A DNA stretch of 64,000 nucleotides from a virus. The stretch lies in the IMG/VR virus record IMGVR_UViG_3300021091_000015; one strand, given 5' to 3'. The notes under the pieces are model-generated. The model searched no databases, had not been told where the DNA came from, and saw nothing but the letters and a program-made list of their open reading frames with translations. Made by a program: the position numbers and the translations under genes. Positions 50,219 to 58,079 of the stretch are shown piece by piece; position 1 is the stretch's first letter, and every line of letters begins with the position of its first letter.

Positions 50219-51180
50219 TGGAATTCACTAAAAAACAAATAATAGAAAATAAAAAAGTATTAAAAGAAGATACATTAGAAAATATTCTAATGGTAGCGGG
50301 ATTTGTACCTGTAATTGGTGAAATCGCTGACATTATATTGATTATTAGATATATCTATAAAAAAGAATATCTATACGCAGCATTGATGTTAGTCGCGCTT
50401 ATACCTACAGTGGGTGACTTTATAGTTAAACCATTTATTCGAGTATTAAAGAGCGCAGGTATTGCTGGTAAAACAGCTCTTAGGAGTAGTGATGATTTAG
50501 CTAAATACTTGATGCAAAATCCAAGTGCGAAAGAACAATTCTTAAAGATGTCAAAACACTTTGACGATGCTGGTGTAAAACAAACAATAAATTCAGTATC
50601 AAATATAAACAAGGGTTGGGGTCAAAAAATGACTGATGGTCTTAGTTCTCTAAAAACCACAGCATCTAAATTAAGACCTGTACAAATGACTCAAAGAATT
50701 GGTAAAGAGATTGCAACACAACCTTCGGCTGGTTATCTTAAAATGATGTCAGGTAGAGGACCTGTGGCAACAGGTATGAAAGCATTCTTTAGAGAAGAAA
50801 AATTAGCTCAGTATATTGCGAAAAAAGGTATGGAACCTAGCAATTGGTTGAGTAAATGGTGGAATATAACAAGAGCAGGAAGACAATCAAGAAAAGACAT
50901 GTTTAGGTCAATTGTCATATCAAGTCAAGTTGCAAAAATGTTTGGCTTACCCAATTTAAGTATGAACCAACTCGATAGAGCGATGCTTGATGATAGATTT
51001 AAAAATGCTTTAGCTAATGACCCAACAGTTAGTCAATACATTGCACAAAACACGACTCCCGATGATTTAAGTCAAATTGAAGGTGATTCAAACACAAATC
51101 AAGGAGGGGAATCTGTGAACCCCTTAGCTGGAATTTTAGGTATAGGTTTATTAAAAACTTTAGCAAAAAAATACGTCTAA
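50218..51180 (+). CDS. Protein with pre-toxin-TG-like hydrophobic hairpin
   Basis: AGFVPVIGEIAD...ALIPTVGD directly after LKED. Confidence 0.55.
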   Translation: MEFTKKQIIENKKVLKEDTLENILMVAGFVPVIGEIADIILIIRYIYKKEYLYAALMLVALIPTVGDFIVKPFIRVLKSAGIAGKTALRSSDDLAKYLMQNPSAKEQFLKMSKHFDDAGVKQTINSVSNINKGWGQKMTDGLSSLKTTASKLRPVQMTQRIGKEIATQPSAGYLKMMSGRGPVATGMKAFFREEKLAQYIAKKGMEPSNWLSKWWNITRAGRQSRKDMFRSIVISSQVAKMFGLPNLSMNQLDRAMLDDRFKNALANDPTVSQYIAQNTTPDDLSQIEGDSNTNQGGESVNPLAGILGIGLLKTLAKKYV

Positions 51181-51204
51181 ATTAAGATTACAAGATATTT
51201 ATAA

Positions 51205-51309
51205 TTAGAATCAAATGGTTTGGTCGCCATGAGATGATAATTAGACTAAAAACGAAAGGAGGTATTCCACATCTCGGCAAAGGGGTCTGAATTGACCTCT
51301 TTGTTCGTT
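51205..51309 (+). ncRNA. Candidate late sRNA A
   Basis: ATATTTAT at 51195-51202; no ORF; hairpins ATGGT/GCCAT, GAGGT/ATCTC, CAAAGGGGTC/GACCTCTTTG. Confidence 0.55.
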
Positions 51310-51444
51310 ATATACCTCTCAAAGACAATATCGAGGACAAAGTGTCCTTAAAACAAAAAACCCACCAATTGGTGGGTTTATTATTTAATTAGTAACACCT
51401 CCATACTTTTCCCATTATCTCCATATTTATAATAAAGTAATAAA

Positions 51445-51966
51445 ATGGGAAAATGTATTTGTTCAAGCTGTGGGATTGAATTTGAAAAATCAAATTCTGA
51501 ATTAAATCGTAATAAAAAATTAAATAGACCTAATTTTTGTTCAAGAAATTGTGTTGGTATTAACAATACTAAAAATTTATTAAACGTTAAAAATCGATAC
51601 GATATACAAAGACACTCAAATAATAGAGGTGGGGAATATTCAAAATTCAAATATCATTTTAGAAATATTAAAAAAAGAAATCAAATTATTGATTTAACTA
51701 TTGAAGATTTGTCTAATCAATGGGTTTTACAAAATGGAATTTGTCCATTCAGTGGTATAAAATTAGAGTTGTCATCATATACCAAAATAAAAAAGAATCC
51801 AATATATTCTGCGTCTTTAGATAGGATAGATAATAAATTAGGTTATGTTAAAGGAAATGTTAGATGGGTTTCAAGGGCAATTAATTGGATGAAAAATGAA
51901 ATGGATGATGCGTATATTCATGAATTAATTAGTATTTTAATTAAAAATAAAAGGGAACCCTTTTGA
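51445..51966 (+). CDS. Free-standing HNH homing endonuclease-like protein
   Basis: N-terminal CxxC...FCS..C; SLDRIDNKLGYVKGNVRWVS..IN.MK. Confidence 0.8.
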   Translation: MGKCICSSCGIEFEKSNSELNRNKKLNRPNFCSRNCVGINNTKNLLNVKNRYDIQRHSNNRGGEYSKFKYHFRNIKKRNQIIDLTIEDLSNQWVLQNGICPFSGIKLELSSYTKIKKNPIYSASLDRIDNKLGYVKGNVRWVSRAINWMKNEMDDAYIHELISILIKNKREPF

Positions 51967-51976
51967 GGTTCCCTTT
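51949..51976. terminator. Bidirectional terminator between the HNH gene and tmRNA
   Basis: AAAGGGAACC-CTTTTGA-GGTTCCCTTT. Confidence 0.8.
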
Positions 51977-51980
51977 AATG

Positions 51981-52556
51981 TGGAGGTGGCGGGTTTCGAC
52001 AATTATTGGACTATATCATCATCTCAACGAGATGTCGGACGCTAATGTGGTATTACGATAGAAGCGTCTATCACCCACTAGTCTCTGCACCTTCCTGTTC
52101 CTATCAGGCTTGGCTCAGGATTATCTAAAAGACTTCCCCTGAGTTCATCCGATTTTCGACATATCTCACGATATGAAGGGGCTCGATTAAAAACCCGCGT
52201 CTTGCTCGCAATACAATAAATGGACTACACGTTTAGGACAGTATTTTCTAATACTCCGAAATTCACAATTCCCTTATTTTAAAGTGGTTCGGTTTACTGA
52301 GAACTAATCTTCCACTTTGTTTCTTTTAGGATAGAAACCACACCCTACAAGGACTTCTGTTCCAAGGTTATCTGTCCGTCGACCCGTTAGTTACAACCAA
52401 TTAGGCTGCAACTTTAGAAGTCGCAAGAAGACCTGCTACTTCCATTTGGTTATAAACGTTGCCGTTTAAAATTTACCACCGTGGATTAAAGTCGTAGATG
52501 ACATCCGACTACGTGCCCATTTACCATATCAACGCCAATCAATTCCATACACCCCC
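51981..52556 (-). ncRNA. ssrA: tmRNA (intron-containing); tag (A)GNVYNQMEVAGLLATSKVAA at 52463-52401
   Basis: 5' GGGGGTG pairs with 3' CACCTCC-A, giving G3.U70; T-arm GCGGG-TTCGAAA-CCCGC after splicing; tag ORF ends AA-stop; TATCTTTG promoter at 52575-52582. Confidence 0.92.
52000..52192 (-). mobile_element. Group I intron (IC3-like, no ORF) in the tmRNA T-loop
   Basis: Core motifs AATCCTGAGCCAAG, GGTGCAGAGACT, GATATAGTCC; P1 GGGU/GCCC with U.G at the 5' splice site; terminal G; P10 UCGA. Confidence 0.9.
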
Positions 52557-52583
52557 ATAAGTCAAAGAACAAGACAAAGATAG

Positions 52584-53303
52584 TTAATTTTCTTCGTCTA
52601 TATAATTTATTGTAAATATACCATCATTTTCGATTAAATCAAAAACTAATGGTTTATTTATTGGTCGATACCTTTCTGTACAAGTTGATGCGTTAGCAAA
52701 TACTGTATCGCCAATCATTGCAACACCATATGCACCATGTATGTGACCAAAAACATGTAAAAGTGGTTTTAAAACTTCAACACGCTCTCTTAAAAGTTCA
52801 CATCCGACCTGTAAATTATTGGGTGTAAAATCTCTAATTCCATGTGGTGGACCATGTGTTATTAAGATATCGGTATTATTTGGGATTGAGTCCCATTTTT
52901 CTTTTAACACCTCACCGTTTCTTGGTAAATTAAATGCCCAATCAAAAAATTCAGGTTGCCATGGAGAACCATAAATTTTTATTGGTCTTGAGAATTCTGA
53001 ACTAATAATTTCCAACTCACCATCTTCCAAATAAGTAACATTATTTTCTGTGAGAATTGATGGGTCTATGTAAAGATTTAACCATGTTGGTTTTCTTTGA
53101 AACGCAAAATCGTGGTTACCTGCAATGAAAATTTTATGGGTAAATCCTTGTATATTTTGAAACCAATTAATAAAATCACGAACATCATTTTGTCGTCCGA
53201 CATTTGTGCAATCTCCTGAGTGTATCAAAATATCTCCCTGTGGTATGTTATACAACATACCATTGTGTAAAGAGTGGGTGTCAGAAATACATACTATTCT
53301 CAT
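52584..53303 (-). CDS. Calcineurin-like metallophosphoesterase (MPPED/239FB-like)
   Basis: SDTH, HSGD, AGNHD, THGPP, GHIH. Confidence 0.85.
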   Translation of the reverse strand: MRIVCISDTHSLHNGMLYNIPQGDILIHSGDCTNVGRQNDVRDFINWFQNIQGFTHKIFIAGNHDFAFQRKPTWLNLYIDPSILTENNVTYLEDGELEIISSEFSRPIKIYGSPWQPEFFDWAFNLPRNGEVLKEKWDSIPNNTDILITHGPPHGIRDFTPNNLQVGCELLRERVEVLKPLLHVFGHIHGAYGVAMIGDTVFANASTCTERYRPINKPLVFDLIENDGIFTINYIDEEN

Positions 53304-53419
53304 ATTTGTAAATATATCAAAAAATATGTTTAAAAAAGAAGGGGTTAGTCACCCAACCCCTTTTTAGGACGACCGGTTTCTCGGTTCGACTCCACCACTT
53401 GGTTTAAAAAACCAAGAAA

Positions 53420-53866
53420 TTACTTTTCGTTAAGTAACTCCGTGATTGCTTCCAATTCCATTTGTACTCTTATCTCGGGTGAAATTAATGAATTCAAACG
53501 AGATTCAATTTCAGAAAGTTCTTTACGTTTTTCTTGAATTAAAATTTGATTTACTCTTGTTTGAAAATCATCTTTCCATTCATCGACAGTAAATCCTAAC
53601 CATGTGAATTTGTAGTTTACGCCAAGTTCTTTGGCTGCGGTTTCGGATTTATCTTTTCTTTCCATCAGAAATGCGTACATCTCTACGATTTTACGTACAT
53701 CTGTGATAGTTGGAATTGATGTCCTGTCATGTGCGGAATTCGCTGAATAACCAAAGTTACCGCTGGTTTTCCAACAAGGTCTTTCAGCTTTTTCAATTGC
53801 TAATTTTTTACTTTGAACTAAATCGAATAGTTCTTTTACTTTCTGGTCAGTTGTTTTTGTTGCCAT
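53420..53866 (-). CDS. Hypothetical coiled-coil protein
   Basis: Start moved to the ATG at 53866 (MATKTT), because the longer call overlaps RNA repeat 1. Confidence 0.65.
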   Translation of the reverse strand: MATKTTDQKVKELFDLVQSKKLAIEKAERPCWKTSGNFGYSANSAHDRTSIPTITDVRKIVEMYAFLMERKDKSETAAKELGVNYKFTWLGFTVDEWKDDFQTRVNQILIQEKRKELSEIESRLNSLISPEIRVQMELEAITELLNEK

Positions 53867-53907
53867 AATTGTTGTTTTTATGTTATTTATTTTGTTGTTT
53901 TTAAAAA

Positions 53908-54326
53908 ATGGAAACTGTGTCAATAATTGTTTTGATTATCGGTCAAAGTAGAAATAACTGAACACATATCCATGTGTGTTTTAAAAGTGGAAAGACTACA
54001 ACTAATTTTTGATTTTTTGCTTAAAATTTAGAAGTAAGTTGATAGATAGCCACTCAATATGATTGACGGAAAAAGTACGGGTAATGTAACATATAATTGT
54101 TATAGAAGGGGGGACATTAGTCCCCTAGCAGAAGTAACCCAATACATAGCCGTCTAAGAAGTTATGTGGAAATTGTGTGTCTGGTTTTCGTATCTGATAG
54201 TTGTTTGTTAGAAGTAAGACGTTTGCATTGATACTTTTGTCACCGCTAAGGACCAAAACAGAACCACTCCGTGGTTTGATGTGATGGTCAGTTGACTATC
54301 CTCTCAATGGCTCACATAGCCACATA
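53908..54326 (-). ncRNA. Tandem array of four structured RNA repeats (53908-53973, 53986-54054, 54065-54154, 54163-54326)
   Basis: Each unit: stem-GG-CTAT-3bp-bulge-5bp-TACTTCT-variable loop-stems-TTT-CC, with compensatory stem changes; boxA-like GTTCTTTGA at 54334-54342. Confidence 0.75.
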
Positions 54327-54354
54327 TAATATTTCAAAGAACTAATGGGTGAGT

Positions 54355-56427
54355 TTAGACACCCATCAATTTACCTGTCTCTTCATAAGAGTAACAGAAG
54401 TCCTCGTACTTGAAATGTGTATCCACATTCTCGTCAAGGGTAACTTGTTTTCCTCGACCTTCTACGTGTAGAAGAATAAGGTCATAAACACTTACTTTTG
54501 GTAATTCAGCGTATTGTTGAATTACTTTAAAGGTGTTATTGAAGTCGCTCCTCGCGGTTACAAAACCACTTGAATCAATGTCCAACATGATGTACTCTTT
54601 GGTTTCTAAGTCAATAATTGCAATCAAAGTGTTTGACGACTCAGATTCTAATGATTGACAATTTGAAATTGTCTCAGGTAACCATGTCGTGTTTGATTCA
54701 GGATGTTCTCTCTCCATGATACCAAAGGATGTTTCAAGTGAACTTAAACTACCGCCATTGAAGTTTCTTACGTCAATAACCGCGTACTTGAATCCACGAT
54801 TTAATCCATCTTGAATATCGATGTCGATGTACTCCGCACAAGGACCCTGTCTATGTCTCACGTCCCCCGAGTGAACAGAGTTACCAACTCTCAAGTTACT
54901 GAAAGATAGTACTTCTGACACTTTTTCACCAACAAACGTAACACTTAAATCCAAGTCTTCAGAACCACGTTTATCCATCCAATGAATAAATGGTCTGATA
55001 ACTTTTGCATCGGGGTTATCGAGCGGAACTCGTTGACCTCTGATGGTAGGTTTAGTTGAGAAGTTCATACTTCTCATGTTGGTTGGTAAAGGAATCTTTT
55101 TTAATTCCTCATCAATCCAACAGTTACCTAAAGAATCCATTACCGAAAACTTATCTCTAAGAGTTTCGAATAATTTAGAGTGGATGGTTTCCACAATCTC
55201 TTTAGGGATTGCTTGTAGTGATGGTAATTCGGTACGTTTTCTCGCTCCTTTAATCATAACTGACCTATTTGTTTTAGGTTCAGTACGACCTTCAAAGTGA
55301 GTGTAAACCTCAAACAATACTTTGTTTGATGTACCTTTTACCGCTTCTCCGAATAATTTCATAATTGTTTCAATATCTTGTGGATATGTACGAACCAACC
55401 AATCTAATCGACGAGAGAATTCACCGGGTCTTTGAGACAATACTCTCAAACCATTCTCCAAACTTTTTTTGAATCCCTCATCTACAAGGGAGAACCAAGA
55501 TTTTACTTTCTCGTTTCTAATCTTGTTGAACGCATCAAAAGATTTAGGGAATTGGTTTTTATACTCACCCGGGTGTAAGATTTCACCTAAACGAACCCAT
55601 CGTTGGTCTCTTAAAACCATTTCTCTTGGGTCACAGTTTGTGTTCTCAAGTAAATTCAAGATGTACTTCCTCTCTTTACGAGTGAATTTCTTGAATTTAA
55701 ACTTTTCTCTTTCGGGATTTACTCCTTTATCGGTAGACCATCTGTTTAGTCTAATTTCCTTTTCAGGAACTTTAGGTAAACTAATGTCTCCACCTGAAAG
55801 ATGAACGGCTATTCTTAACACGTCGGTTGAAGTTTTTACTGGAAGTCCCTCGATTCCCATTCCCGCAAGTGTACACAAATTCTCTTTGAAAGGAATTGTG
55901 TCAGGGAAAATCAATGTTTCACCACTTGATACAAACCACTTAACAATCTCAAGGTCTTGGGGGGTTAATGATGTGTTGATTGACACTAAGTCAGTGAAAA
56001 TTTTTGAGAATCTATCAGAGGTACCATACTTAATCAAGTTGTATTTAATTTTTTCAAACTTGATTTCTTTTTCGTAAGTGTGGGTTGATGGTTCCCATTG
56101 ACCATTACTCCAATAATGCAAGATTGCGTTCATGTATAATTCGAAGTCGGACATAACCATCACTTCTTGTGGGAAATTCTTATATAGGGGTTGGTAATTA
56201 CGATTACCACCCATTACATTTTTCAAATGATTCAATACTTCATGATTGAAGTTTTGAATAAACGATAATTCTGATTTGGACAACGCGAAGAAAGCATCTT
56301 CGTCTAACATGTAACCCCATTGCATTAAGTGGGATTGAACGGTTGCTACCGCGATTCTATTATCTTGACCGTCGTTTGGTGAACAGACCAAACCTTTTTG
56401 AAACGCAACTAAATTCCTTGTTGTCAT
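54355..56427 (-). CDS. Large alpha-helical protein with C-terminal TerD-like domain
   Basis: C-terminal FIHW...DLDLS...HSGD...AEYID TerD-type motifs; N-terminal PLY..FP, FKEN, TDVLR, HPGEY, RPGEF; TATCTTTG at 56464-56471. Confidence 0.7.
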   Translation of the reverse strand: MTTRNLVAFQKGLVCSPNDGQDNRIAVATVQSHLMQWGYMLDEDAFFALSKSELSFIQNFNHEVLNHLKNVMGGNRNYQPLYKNFPQEVMVMSDFELYMNAILHYWSNGQWEPSTHTYEKEIKFEKIKYNLIKYGTSDRFSKIFTDLVSINTSLTPQDLEIVKWFVSSGETLIFPDTIPFKENLCTLAGMGIEGLPVKTSTDVLRIAVHLSGGDISLPKVPEKEIRLNRWSTDKGVNPEREKFKFKKFTRKERKYILNLLENTNCDPREMVLRDQRWVRLGEILHPGEYKNQFPKSFDAFNKIRNEKVKSWFSLVDEGFKKSLENGLRVLSQRPGEFSRRLDWLVRTYPQDIETIMKLFGEAVKGTSNKVLFEVYTHFEGRTEPKTNRSVMIKGARKRTELPSLQAIPKEIVETIHSKLFETLRDKFSVMDSLGNCWIDEELKKIPLPTNMRSMNFSTKPTIRGQRVPLDNPDAKVIRPFIHWMDKRGSEDLDLSVTFVGEKVSEVLSFSNLRVGNSVHSGDVRHRQGPCAEYIDIDIQDGLNRGFKYAVIDVRNFNGGSLSSLETSFGIMEREHPESNTTWLPETISNCQSLESESSNTLIAIIDLETKEYIMLDIDSSGFVTARSDFNNTFKVIQQYAELPKVSVYDLILLHVEGRGKQVTLDENVDTHFKYEDFCYSYEETGKLMGV

Positions 56428-56524
56428 AATGTCGTATTAATGTTGTAATTTATTGTAATGGTACAAAGATATATAAACTTTTTGTAAAAACAAAGTTTTT
56501 TTTAAAAAAAATTAAAAAAAATTT

Positions 56525-56986
56525 TTAAATCCTCACCAAATGATTCGCGCTGTAGGTCATCATAGCCCCCGCGTGTTTGTATCTCACTTTATACCCCATA
56601 CCCTCAACCAAACCAACGGCTTGTCTTAAAACCTTATTTGATTTGTATTTTGGGTCAGGATTAAGGTCAATATCAATCCAAGTGACTTTTGGTAAACCAT
56701 TGTTTCTCAAGTGTTCAGCAACTTCAACCGCCTTCCACACTTCAGTCATTAGTCTACTTGACGTATCTTTTTCAAATGGTATTGTGTCTTTAGTACACAA
56801 TACGTGAGCACCCTTACCTTTTGTGTAAAGAGCAATAACCACCCCGTAAACTGTTTTAGAATTACTAAATGATTGTGAATCCGAACCAATCAATATTTCA
56901 ATATCGTTTTTATCCACCAAATAATCTTTGATGTAACCTATAACGTCGGTTATGAGTGTTCCGTGCAATGTTCTAAATTTTTTCAT
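56525..56986 (-). CDS. RNase H-like YkuK (DUF458) family protein
   Basis: IGSDSQ, RL..E...AVE.A, IDIDLNP....SN. Confidence 0.75.
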   Translation of the reverse strand: MKKFRTLHGTLITDVIGYIKDYLVDKNDIEILIGSDSQSFSNSKTVYGVVIALYTKGKGAHVLCTKDTIPFEKDTSSRLMTEVWKAVEVAEHLRNNGLPKVTWIDIDLNPDPKYKSNKVLRQAVGLVEGMGYKVRYKHAGAMMTYSANHLVRI

Positions 56987-57013
56987 ACCATTTTATAATA
57001 TATAAGTACTCCG

Positions 57014-57051
57014 CGGAAGGTGAGGGGCTCGAACCCTTGCGACTGTAACAC
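57014..57051 (-). pseudogene. 3' fragment of a tRNA (Ser-like acceptor)
   Basis: AAGGG-TTCGAGC-CCCT T-arm followed by CACCTTCC-G; no 5' half found. Confidence 0.55.
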
Positions 57052-57231
57052 CTTGTTATGTGTAGTAATTTTGTGGGGTTGATGTGGGTTGGTGAAAATT
57101 ATTACACATAACTACCAAGTAGTCTTTAATATAACCGATAATGTCGGTTATACGATATTCGCTTAAAAGGTAGACCCGGGCCCAACAAGCCGTTTTCGTA
57201 CGCAACGGAAGGGCCCTTTTTAAGGTCTACT

Positions 57232-57306
57232 TGGAGCGGGAAATGGGATTTGAACCCACGGCCCTCGCCTTGGCAAGGCGATGCTCTACCACTGAGCTAC
57301 TCCCGC
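57232..57306 (-). tRNA. tRNA-Gly(GCC), CCA encoded
   Basis: GCGGGAGTAGCTCAGTGGTAGAGC...CTTGCCAAG...GTTCAAATC...CCCGCTCCA. Confidence 0.95.
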
Positions 57307-57375
57307 TTGGAGTGGTCTTCCCATAACGATTTCCTTAATAGGTTTTGGAGTTAAGGGTACGACCACATGTTGATA

Positions 57376-57828
57376 TTATTTTTGATTTTTTTGTTGCCAC
57401 TCATAGGACACCGTATCTTCGGTAATTGGACCACCTTTTGCCCATGTTTTACATGTTCTTGCGGAGTGACATTTAAAGTGATGCATCCAACAGTACCCTA
57501 ATCTACCACTATCATCAGAAACCGAACCTGGCATACACTCATCCATTCTTGGTGATATATCAAATGCTACACAATTACCACATAGTGATTTTTTAGCAGC
57601 TTCAACAGTGGTGTTCCAATCAGATGCAACCATTTCCCAATAATCACCGGGTTCGTCAATATTAAGTGGACCATATTTTATATAATCCGCTTTTATTGAC
57701 TTGTCTCTATTATTGGTATTTAACTCTAAATCTTGAGTTGCTTTAGGACATTCCATTTCCGCTTCGGATAGGAGTCTTTTGTTTAATCTTTCGATAAGTT
57801 GTTTTTTCTTTTTTAATTCAATTCCCAT
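57376..57828 (-). CDS. Cys/His-rich late protein with LLSE leader
   Basis: CGNC, CWMHHFKCHSARTC; ATATTTAT at 57843 (minus). Confidence 0.65.
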   Translation of the reverse strand: MGIELKKKKQLIERLNKRLLSEAEMECPKATQDLELNTNNRDKSIKADYIKYGPLNIDEPGDYWEMVASDWNTTVEAAKKSLCGNCVAFDISPRMDECMPGSVSDDSGRLGYCWMHHFKCHSARTCKTWAKGGPITEDTVSYEWQQKNQK

Positions 57829-57854
57829 GATTTTTTTATTATATAAATATCTCG

Positions 57855-57928
57855 TGGTCCCTCACGGGCTTGAACCGTGGACCTACCGATTATGAGTCGG
57901 GTGCTCTGACCAACTGAGCTAAGGGACC
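57855..57928 (-). tRNA. tRNA-CAT, most like Ile2 (lysidine-modified, reads AUA)
   Basis: GGTCCCTTAGCTCAG...CCGACTCATAATCGG; lacks initiator features. Confidence 0.85.
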
Positions 57929-58079
57929 GTATCGTCGAAATAACCGATAAAATGAATTATCGTTTAAATCGGCGATATTAGTTTTTTACTTTGAATTTCA
58001 TCTGTGTGATAACAGCATTTGCCACCTTTTTATGTCCCGAGGGATTCATATGACATGTCCAATTACCACAATCTGTACG

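Noticed and set aside
51394-51403. AACACCTCCA, an inverted match to the tmRNA 3' end and similar to an anti-SD sequence
   Set aside because: Only 8-9 nt and beyond the sRNA A terminators; cannot be separated from chance
53908-54326. CRISPR array interpretation of the four-unit repeat
   Set aside because: Units conserve structure rather than identical direct repeats, lengths vary, and no cas genes are in the window
57855-57928. Initiator tRNA-fMet call
   Set aside because: It has a G1-C72 pair and lacks the three consecutive G-C pairs in the anticodon stem; it resembles Ile2
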